DNA of 64,000 nt from Spirochaetia bacterium (lineage in GTDB: Bacteria > Spirochaetota > Spirochaetia > UBA9216). The notes below the pieces were generated by a model. It had not been told where the DNA came from, made no database searches, and saw nothing but the letters and a program-made list of their open reading frames with translations. Position numbers and translations under genes: made by a program. The number at the start of each line of letters is the position of its first letter. Position 1 is the stretch's first letter. The DNA lies in NCBI GenBank assembly GCA_963675665.1, contig OY776510.1, positions 1,664,001 through 1,728,000 of the forward strand. Reading direction: 5' to 3'. Below are positions 57,193 through 64,000 of the stretch, piece after piece.

Positions 57193-58485
57193 ATGATAGT
57201 ATCGCTCGGTATTTTTTTAATCCTACTTATATTAATTTTTATTGGGGTACCTATAGCATTCAGTATTGGGCTGGCGAGTCTTGCTACAATATATCTTTTC
57301 GATTTAGGTATACCGCTTACTCTTCTTCCTGCTAAAACATTTTCAGGAATGGATTCGTTTTCTCTCATGGCAATACCATTTTTTATTTTGGCCGGAGAAA
57401 TTATGAATAAAGCCGGTATTACAAGGCGGATTATTGATCTTGCTGATGCATGTGTTGGCTTCTTAAAAGGCGGCCTGAGTTATGTCAATGTCGTCTCCGC
57501 CATGCTTATGGCAGGAGTCTCCGGATCAGGAACAGCAGATGCCGCAGCTCTGGGTGTTGTTATGATTCCAAATATGGAAGAAAAAGGGTATAGTAAGCAA
57601 TATGCAGTTGCTTTAACGTCTTGTGCAAACACTATAGGTCCTATTATTCCGCCAAGTACATTATTAATTCTCTATGGTTATTATACAAATACTTCTGTAG
57701 CTAAATTGTTTATAGGTGGTATCTTCCCTGGGATTATAATGGGTCTTTCATTGATGATTGTTGCTCAGATTATTTGTAGAAAAAAGGGCTACAGGCAGGT
57801 TACTTCCAAGTTTTCAAAATCACATTTTAAATCGGCATTAATACGAGGATGGGTGGCATTATTAGCACCTACATTCATTTTGGTTGCTATTATACTAGGA
57901 TGGGCAACACCTTCTGAAGCAGGTGTTTTAGTGTGTGTTTTTGCACTTATTCTTGGTCTTTTCTATAAAACCATAAGATCTTTAAACGATATCAAAGAAA
58001 TTGTCATATCTGCGGCGAGATCAACATGTACAATTTTTACATTGTTAGCATTTTCCGGAATATTTGCAAATATTCTGGTCAGGGCGCATTTTCAGGGTAT
58101 GATTGTTAGTTTTCTACAAGGAGTAGGCGGTTCTCCTACAAGTATGTTGATTATGATTTCAATATTCATTTTTATTCTTGGTATGTTTGTTGATGTTACC
58201 CCAATGATTATCATGTTTTCTGCAGCATTTGCAGGAGTTGCTGTTTTAAATGGAATAAACATCGTACATTTCGGCCTTGTTTTTGTATTAATCTGTATGA
58301 TAGGTGCGGTCACCCCGCCAGTAGGAGGTTTGTTGTTTGTTACAACATCAATTGGAAAAGTTTCAATGCAGAAAGTCACGCCAGTATTAATTCCTTTTGT
58401 GGCTGTTCTTTTTGGTGTTGTAGTTCTATTAATATTTTTCCCGTCTTTAGTGACTTATTTACCTAATTTAATAATGGGTAATTAA
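57193..58485 (+). CDS. dctM: TRAP transporter large permease
   Basis: AIPFFILAG, SGSGTAD, IIPPS, TPSEA and TPPVG motifs. Confidence 0.92.
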   Translation: MIVSLGIFLILLILIFIGVPIAFSIGLASLATIYLFDLGIPLTLLPAKTFSGMDSFSLMAIPFFILAGEIMNKAGITRRIIDLADACVGFLKGGLSYVNVVSAMLMAGVSGSGTADAAALGVVMIPNMEEKGYSKQYAVALTSCANTIGPIIPPSTLLILYGYYTNTSVAKLFIGGIFPGIIMGLSLMIVAQIICRKKGYRQVTSKFSKSHFKSALIRGWVALLAPTFILVAIILGWATPSEAGVLVCVFALILGLFYKTIRSLNDIKEIVISAARSTCTIFTLLAFSGIFANILVRAHFQGMIVSFLQGVGGSPTSMLIMISIFIFILGMFVDVTPMIIMFSAAFAGVAVLNGINIVHFGLVFVLICMIGAVTPPVGGLLFVTTSIGKVSMQKVTPVLIPFVAVLFGVVVLLIFFPSLVTYLPNLIMGN

Positions 58486-58511
58486 GATAAATATTATTTA
58501 TGGAGGATTTT

Positions 58512-59543
58512 ATGAAAAGAAATGGATTATTAGCGGTATTATTGATTTTATCACTTGTGATGTTTTTCAGTTGTGCAAAAGAAAAAACAGAAGCTGTTGC
58601 CGCAAGTAATGAAGAGTCTAAAGGGTTTGAGAAAATGACAATACGTTATGGTAGTATCTACAATGAAGATACTATTTATGGAAAATCTTTAAATAAGATG
58701 AAAGAAATTATAGAGAACGGTTCTGACGGAAATATAAAAGTTGATATTTTCCATGGGGGAACTTTGGGTTCCGAACAGGAACATGCACAAGCGCAAAATG
58801 CTGGCTCGATTGAGATGCTTTTTTCCGGAACAGCAGGTGTTGGATTGTATGTTCCTGCAACGGCAATATTCGAGACCTGGTACTCATTTGAGGATATAGA
58901 GCAGTTAGGAGAAGCTGTTAATATTCTATGGGATGTATTAGATAAAGAAATGCGGGATAATAATTTTAAATTGCTTGGGGCATACTATGATGGTCCAAGG
59001 AATATATTATCTAACGTAAAGATAACGAATCTTGACGAGTTGCAGAATGTTAAACTCAGATCTCCAGGTGCAAATGTATATGTAAATAGCATCTCTGCTT
59101 TGGGTGCACAGGCAATAGCCCTACCGTTTGGAGATGTCTATACAGCATTGCAGACTAATGCAATAGATGCAATGGAAGGTACTATTGATTCAATATATCA
59201 GCAAAAATTTTATGAACAGGGTAAGTATTTAATCAAAGATTCTCATGTATTTCAGGCATTATTTATAACTTATAATCTTAAAGCATGGAATGAACTGTCT
59301 GAATCTGCAAAGCAATTGATACAAAATGCAGTAAAAGAGAGCATGGACTATCAGATGTCCTTATATAATGACGTTATGGATGAAGAAATTGCAGCAATGA
59401 AGGAGAATGGTATTGAATTCGTTGAAATTACGGATAGAACTAAATGGGTACAAGCGGTAAAGCCGGCAACAGAAGCATATGTAAGTAATTACGGCGATGT
59501 CGGTAAAGCCATATACAAGGTAGTTGAATCATTTAGTAAATAA
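58512..59543 (+). CDS. dctP: TRAP transporter substrate-binding lipoprotein
   Basis: Lipobox FFS-C; GPR, KLRSP and DVYTALQT.AIDA.E motifs (conserved carboxylate-binding Arg). Confidence 0.9.
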   Translation: MKRNGLLAVLLILSLVMFFSCAKEKTEAVAASNEESKGFEKMTIRYGSIYNEDTIYGKSLNKMKEIIENGSDGNIKVDIFHGGTLGSEQEHAQAQNAGSIEMLFSGTAGVGLYVPATAIFETWYSFEDIEQLGEAVNILWDVLDKEMRDNNFKLLGAYYDGPRNILSNVKITNLDELQNVKLRSPGANVYVNSISALGAQAIALPFGDVYTALQTNAIDAMEGTIDSIYQQKFYEQGKYLIKDSHVFQALFITYNLKAWNELSESAKQLIQNAVKESMDYQMSLYNDVMDEEIAAMKENGIEFVEITDRTKWVQAVKPATEAYVSNYGDVGKAIYKVVESFSK

Positions 59544-59595
59544 GTTTTTAAACAATTCTCTTTGCTTTTATTTTGCGGAAGTAAAAAATTAAATA

Positions 59596-59641
59596 ATCGA
59601 TAGGCCGTTTTCTGTATTATAGCTGAAAACGGTTTATCGAT
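59596..59641 (+). terminator. Long hairpin after dctP
   Basis: ATCGATAGGCCGTTTTC...GAAAACGGTTTATCGAT. Confidence 0.55.
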
Positions 59642-59711
59642 ATTTTCGTTTATGAAGCATTATGATCCCTTTCTTTTTAATATCTGTTGTATAGCAGAAC
59701 ATATCACTTAA

Positions 59712-59748
59712 TGGCGGATTTCTAATCATGGGAATCCGCCACTTTTTT
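59712..59748 (+). terminator. Intrinsic terminator
   Basis: TGGCGGATTTC-N7-GGGAATCCGCCA followed by CTTTTTT. Confidence 0.7.
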
Positions 59749-59804
59749 ATTGCTCATCTATTTACAATGTTAAGTACTTTTCTCCGTAAGCGGTAATTCT
59801 TACC

Positions 59805-61358
59805 CTATGCCTTAATCAGCCCAGGAGTCAGGTTGAACGGAAGCAGTGCTTCATAATCAGCCGGTGTTTTGCAATTTGGAAGCTGTCTGAAAACGTAGTA
59901 GAAATAATCATAGACCGAGAGGTTCTGCATTTTAGCTGATTCAACAAGGCTGTACAAAATTGCTGAAGATTCGGCGCCGTGTTCTGTATCAGAAAACAAC
60001 CAATTCTTCCTGCCAATCACAAAAGGCCGGATTGCGTTTTCGGCAATATTGTTGGACGGCGTAAGTAGCGGGTCTTCCAAATACAAGTTTAACTGCTTCC
60101 AATTATCCAGCGTATAAGCAATAGCTTTTCCGAAGGCAAGTGTCGGAGGTGTTTCAGCCGCATATTTTGTCAGTAGTTCAAATAACGATTTCAAAATCGG
60201 AGAAGACCTGTTCGCTCGCTTTTTATGAAACCCCTTTTTAGAAAAATCAGCTCTCAAATCTTCAAGCTCAAAAAGTTTCTTAATCAATTCGAGTATCTGT
60301 TTTACATCCGGAGATTTAGACAGTTCCCAATACTTGTAGAAATATCTGCGGGCATGCGCCCAACACAAAACATGCCGAATGGACTTATTCCCTTCATCGC
60401 TTAGTTTTTTCAATGCAGTATGATAAGCCTCATAATCATCAGTCTGCAGCCAGCCGGAATATTCTTGAAGAAAGTCATACGGAACTTTATGAGAGCGGCT
60501 TGTTTCATACTGGAATACGACCGATTTCTTATCAGGCTTACCCCCGAGAAATACCCACATCCAGGATTTATCCTGTGCTTTACGGCCTTTTTCTTTCAAA
60601 ACCTGTACCCGAGTCTCATCTGCGTTTATTACAGGCCCGTTTTTAATATTATCTTTAAGCAGTTCATATAGCGGCTTGCATCTTTCAGCGCATTTAATTG
60701 CCAATGTGCTCAGTGTTGCACGTGGAATATCCGCACCTATCGCATTCAACCTCTTACTCTGTCGATAAAACGGCAGCGCATATTCAAACTTCTCATTTAT
60801 AATCCATGCAAGCAGGCTTTCATCGGCAATACTTCCGGAAATGAGGTGTTTAATCCCTTCTGCTGTCTGTACTCCGGATGAATCATCAGTTGTTCCTTCA
60901 CAATTTCGGCAGACATATTTTTTCTTTATCTCACGTCTGACGACTACTTTCGCAGGAACGATGCAGAGTCGTTCAGATACATCTTCACCTATACAAACCT
61001 TCTCGGTACCACAGGCACAGGTTTTATCTTCTTCATCGATATCGTATTCAACAATCTCGCGAGGCAGGTCTTCAGAAAGCGCTTTTCTTCCCGAGTTCTT
61101 TCGAACTGTTTTTGTGTGGGCTTTTACTTCAAGGGTTTCTGATTCTATTTCATCCTGCTGCTCAAATGCGGAATCTTCTGCTTCGTTGAAAAGGGACGCC
61201 TGCTTCTTATCTTCACTGGTAAGTTTCTCAGATTTTGTTCCGAAGTGAAGAGTCTGCAGGAGGTGTACCAGTTCTTTCAATTCGGTAATCTGATTATCCT
61301 GATTTTGGACTGTTTGTTTGAGTTGAGCAATTTCGTTAAGCAAGGCTTCAGTACTCAC
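59805..61358 (-). CDS. tnpC: IS66 transposase TnpC
   Basis: FG.KSEK, zinc finger, LPFYRQ, ADET, LQTD.Y..Y, CWAHARR and NN.AENAIR...IGRKNWLF motifs. Confidence 0.95.
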   Translation of the reverse strand: MSTEALLNEIAQLKQTVQNQDNQITELKELVHLLQTLHFGTKSEKLTSEDKKQASLFNEAEDSAFEQQDEIESETLEVKAHTKTVRKNSGRKALSEDLPREIVEYDIDEEDKTCACGTEKVCIGEDVSERLCIVPAKVVVRREIKKKYVCRNCEGTTDDSSGVQTAEGIKHLISGSIADESLLAWIINEKFEYALPFYRQSKRLNAIGADIPRATLSTLAIKCAERCKPLYELLKDNIKNGPVINADETRVQVLKEKGRKAQDKSWMWVFLGGKPDKKSVVFQYETSRSHKVPYDFLQEYSGWLQTDDYEAYHTALKKLSDEGNKSIRHVLCWAHARRYFYKYWELSKSPDVKQILELIKKLFELEDLRADFSKKGFHKKRANRSSPILKSLFELLTKYAAETPPTLAFGKAIAYTLDNWKQLNLYLEDPLLTPSNNIAENAIRPFVIGRKNWLFSDTEHGAESSAILYSLVESAKMQNLSVYDYFYYVFRQLPNCKTPADYEALLPFNLTPGLIKA

Positions 61359-61396
61359 ATAAGAATTTTACCACGGTTAAATTCGAGTGTGAAGCC

Positions 61397-61741
61397 CTAA
61401 ACGCGGGAATAATTTAATTGCTTATGCGCTTTAAAGAAATCTATTCCATCAAGCAGCATCTTCAACTCTTCGAACTTTATCTCCCTCGCGTCTTCTTCCG
61501 TTTCCGGCCAGGGGAACTTATTCTTTTCAAGTCTTTTCTGCCAAAGACAGAATCCGTTCCGATCCCAGTAAACGATTTTAAGCAGCTTTCTTTTGCCGTT
61601 GCAGAATAGAAACAGACTTTTTGAGAACGGGTCGTTCTGCATTATATTCTGAATCTGCAGGCTCAGACCGTTCACACCTTTTCGTAAATCAGTTTTCCCG
61701 GGTCTGACGAAGTAACGGTATTCTGAGTAATCGATAATCAT
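61397..61741 (-). CDS. tnpB: IS66 accessory protein TnpB
   Basis: DLRKG.NGL, LFLFCN, KIVYWD..GFCLWQKRLE and F.WP motifs. Confidence 0.95.
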   Translation of the reverse strand: MIIDYSEYRYFVRPGKTDLRKGVNGLSLQIQNIMQNDPFSKSLFLFCNGKRKLLKIVYWDRNGFCLWQKRLEKNKFPWPETEEDAREIKFEELKMLLDGIDFFKAHKQLNYSRV

Positions 61742-62037
61742 TCGAGCTCCCCGATTACTTTAAGAACTGATTTCAGCCCGGCTTCATCAAATCCGGCAGT
61801 TATTGATATTAAGAACTTTTTGGTTTTTATAACTATTGGGGCGGCTGAGAAGATTCCATTTGGTTTTATTTCAACAACTGAAGAACTTCCGGGTGCTTCC
61901 TGATTACCAATAATTTTCCTGTTTTTATAAAACGTGTTTGGATGAATCCCGATCTCTTTACAGAACTCTGGAATCGTCTTACCGCTTTGCTGTTGTTGCT
62001 CAATGACTTCTTCCCAATTATTTATTACCTTTCGCAT
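61738..62037 (-). CDS. tnpA: IS66 accessory protein TnpA
   Basis: W...I..Q..SG.TI..FC...GI...TFY HTH pattern. Confidence 0.9.
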   Translation of the reverse strand: MRKVINNWEEVIEQQQQSGKTIPEFCKEIGIHPNTFYKNRKIIGNQEAPGSSSVVEIKPNGIFSAAPIVIKTKKFLISITAGFDEAGLKSVLKVIGELE

Positions 62038-62213
62038 TTATTTCCTCCTGGTTAATAATTCCGGAGGATAATACATTTTTATATTTTAGCAAGAAGGTAA
62101 GAATTACCGCTTACTCCTTATTTAATATTTAACAACTTTTCTTAAAACCCAGTTGTACATACTTAGCAATAAGTGAAAATCTCTGGTCTTTGGAAAAAAT
62201 AATAAATATTAAT

Positions 62214-62271
62214 TTGACATATAAGGTATTATCATTATGATATTATAATCACAATACAAAAATGTATTGTG
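62214..62271 (+). promoter_or_regulatory. Sigma70 promoter and palindromic operator
   Basis: TTGACA 62214, TATGAT 62236; perfect inverted repeat CACAATACA-N4-TGTATTGTG at 62250-62271. Confidence 0.65.
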
Positions 62272-62293
62272 GAAAAAAATCTAAGGAGAAAAG

Positions 62294-63043
62294 ATGAAAA
62301 AGAGAATTATTGTATTGGGAGTGTTATTAACATGGTTGTTTATTTCACTGGGAGTATGTTTTTCAAACGGTGAACAGGAAGTATTAAAAGAGGCTCCTCA
62401 GACAATTGAACCTGAGTATGATCTATCTTCAGTACCGGTTCAGAAACATGATCCAAAATTTCCTAACGGGGCAGTACTATACTCTGACCTGAAGAATGTT
62501 ATAGGTGATATTAAGATCCAGAACAGAGAGTTGAAAATAGGTTTTATAATGAAATCTCTTGAAAATGAATACTGGTCAATCATGGCAGAAGGTGTAGAAG
62601 AAGAAATTGAAAGAATGAAAAGTTCCGGGGTAAATAATGTTGAAGTCACAATTAGATCAGCACAAGACGACTGTGATCAGGAAGGGCAATTAACTATTAT
62701 CAGAGATATGATAAACAAGAAATATGACTGTATCGTAGCTTTTCCGATATCAGATGCTAATTTGGTTCCCGGATTAGAAGATGCAATGGATGTAGGGATT
62801 CCTATTGTTACAGGATCAGTTGCTTATGATTCAGATCCGCATATTCCTTACTATATCGGATTAAGTTCATACGAGTCCGGCCGGCTGGTTGCCGAAGCCT
62901 TTTCAAAGAGACTAGGAAAAGAAGGTGGAGAAGTATCAATTATAATGGGAATACCTAATAATCCATCAGCAAGAGATCGGACTGCAGGATTTAACGATTG
63001 GGTGAAAGAACATCCTGAGAGTAATCTGGAAGTAGTTGAGTGA
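62294..63043 (+). pseudogene. Sugar ABC substrate-binding protein (AlsB/RbsB-like), C-terminally truncated by the duplication junction
   Basis: AAGGAG RBS, SNGEQE leader, KSLENEYW, R..GF; ends abruptly at VVE*, and the TGA comes from the duplicated ThDP gene. Confidence 0.85.
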
Positions 63044-64000
63044 ACAGTATAAAGGGGGACAGTTAGTAGTTAAAGTCCTCGAAGAAAATAAAACAAAAGT
63101 AGTATTCGGTATTCCCGGAGGACAAACTTTAAGTGTAACGGATGCGATATATGATACAGATATCAGGTTTATAAATACACGACATGAAAATGGTTCAGCC
63201 TGTGCGGCAGATGGTTGGGGGCGCCTGACTGGAGAACCCGGAATATGCCTGGCAACAACCGGATGCGGAGCATCAAACCTGATAACCGGTTTAGGCGGAG
63301 CATACAGGGATTCTAGTCCGGTAATTGCGTTGGTATTTCAAAATAAACTACCTAACGCAGGAAAAGGTGATGCGCAGGAGAGTAATCATGAAGCTTTATT
63401 CTCAAGTATATGTAAGCAGTACATCCCGGTAAGATCTGCCGGCAGTGTGGTATGGGCAATGCGTGAAGCCTACAGGGTTGCAAAAACCGGCAGGCCCGGA
63501 CCCGTTGTCGTTGATTTGTATAGAGATGTTGTTGAAGATCAGACAGCAGGATACGAGTATGTGGACCCAAAAAGTTACTGTATACAAAGCAGGGTTAAGC
63601 CAGATGACGAAGAAGTAAAATCAGCAGTTAAAGCAATAAAAGACAGTAGCAAAATCTGTGTTTGGTGCGGTAATGGCGTTAAACTTTCAGATGCATCGGA
63701 AGAAGTAATGAAACTGTCTAAAATAACCAATGCGCCGGTAGTTACAACCTATAACGGGATTGCATGCATCCCCGGAGAATTTGAAAATCTGATAGGTCCG
63801 AGGAGCCGGCATGGTAGTGTCGTCACCAAGGCCGCAATAGAGGATGCAGATTGTATAGTATTGGTAGGCTCGACACTGACGGCGATAAGCACAAACCGTT
63901 GGAGTATAAAAGCTAAGAATATAATCCAGATAGATATAATCCCTGAGAACATAGGCAGACATTATCCTGTATCGGTAGGTGTGGTCGGAGATGCGAAGAA
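63036..64000 (+). CDS. Second copy of the ThDP-dependent enzyme gene (runs off the window; TTG in place of ATG; D107N)
   Basis: 63037-64000 matches 51913-52876; the only difference I found is G>A at 63354; frame stays open to the window end. Confidence 0.85.
   Translation, partial: MSEQYKGGQLVVKVLEENKTKVVFGIPGGQTLSVTDAIYDTDIRFINTRHENGSACAADGWGRLTGEPGICLATTGCGASNLITGLGGAYRDSSPVIALVFQNKLPNAGKGDAQESNHEALFSSICKQYIPVRSAGSVVWAMREAYRVAKTGRPGPVVVDLYRDVVEDQTAGYEYVDPKSYCIQSRVKPDDEEVKSAVKAIKDSSKICVWCGNGVKLSDASEEVMKLSKITNAPVVTTYNGIACIPGEFENLIGPRSRHGSVVTKAAIEDADCIVLVGSTLTAISTNRWSIKAKNIIQIDIIPENIGRHYPVSVGVVGDAK
63037..64000 (+). repeat. Direct repeat of 51913..52876 (offset 11,124 bp)
   Basis: Line-by-line identity; antisense ORFs repeat at a constant offset (52278 to 63402; 52563 to 63687). 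Confidence 0.97.

Larger units (their letters stand above)
59786..62114 (-). mobile_element. Complete IS66-family insertion sequence (2,329 bp)
   Basis: Perfect 19-bp terminal inverted repeats GTAAGCGGTAATTCTTACC enclosing tnpA-tnpB-tnpC. Confidence 0.95.

Noticed and set aside
63352-63356. Apparent nonsense mutation in the duplicated ThDP gene
   Set aside because: The G>A change creates a stop in an antisense shadow ORF; in the coding frame it is GAC>AAC (D107N).
1-64000. CRISPR array, rRNA, riboswitch, prophage, retron or DGR
   Set aside because: No regularly spaced repeats, rRNA-like sequence, recognisable riboswitch core, phage genes or reverse transcriptase were seen; the single long repeat differs at one G>A site, unlike DGR adenine-specific variation.

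Overview
Bacterial chromosomal window, most likely from a spirochaete; this is inferred from secreted proteins with 'A/N-G-x-x-E' motifs after the signal peptide and an acidic outer-membrane-type protein. About 1-37 kb is housekeeping and signalling DNA. It holds a DUF1576 operon, an M20 peptidase with a YfcC-like transporter, a sigma54-type amtB-glnK operon, an exported DUF2202 protein with a polyferredoxin and an OmpR/BaeS-like two-component system, an MCP and a sugar ABC transporter with a YesM/YesN sensor. It also holds a GAF-GGDEF protein, a second OmpR pair next to a porin-like gene, a stand-alone class III nucleotide cyclase, two HisKA_2 kinases and a MarR locus. From about 37 kb the window is an accessory mosaic with IS3 and IS256 relics, an intact IS66, and a tRNA 3'-fragment with arm-type repeats that probably marks an integrative island boundary at about 48.86 kb. 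Two catabolic clusters there match no pathway I recognise: (A) IolD-like ThDP hydrolase, DhuI/RpiB isomerase, split transketolase, IclR, ABC transporter and Gfo/Idh/MocA dehydrogenase; (B) FGGY kinase, GntR, ThDP enzyme, GctAB-like and CaiB-like CoA transferases, and a TRAP transporter. The last ~1 kb is a near-identical copy (offset 11,124 bp) of the cluster B ThDP gene, fused into and truncating a sugar-binding-protein gene. No complete tRNA, rRNA or CRISPR array was seen. All family calls come from motif recognition by eye, not from database searches.
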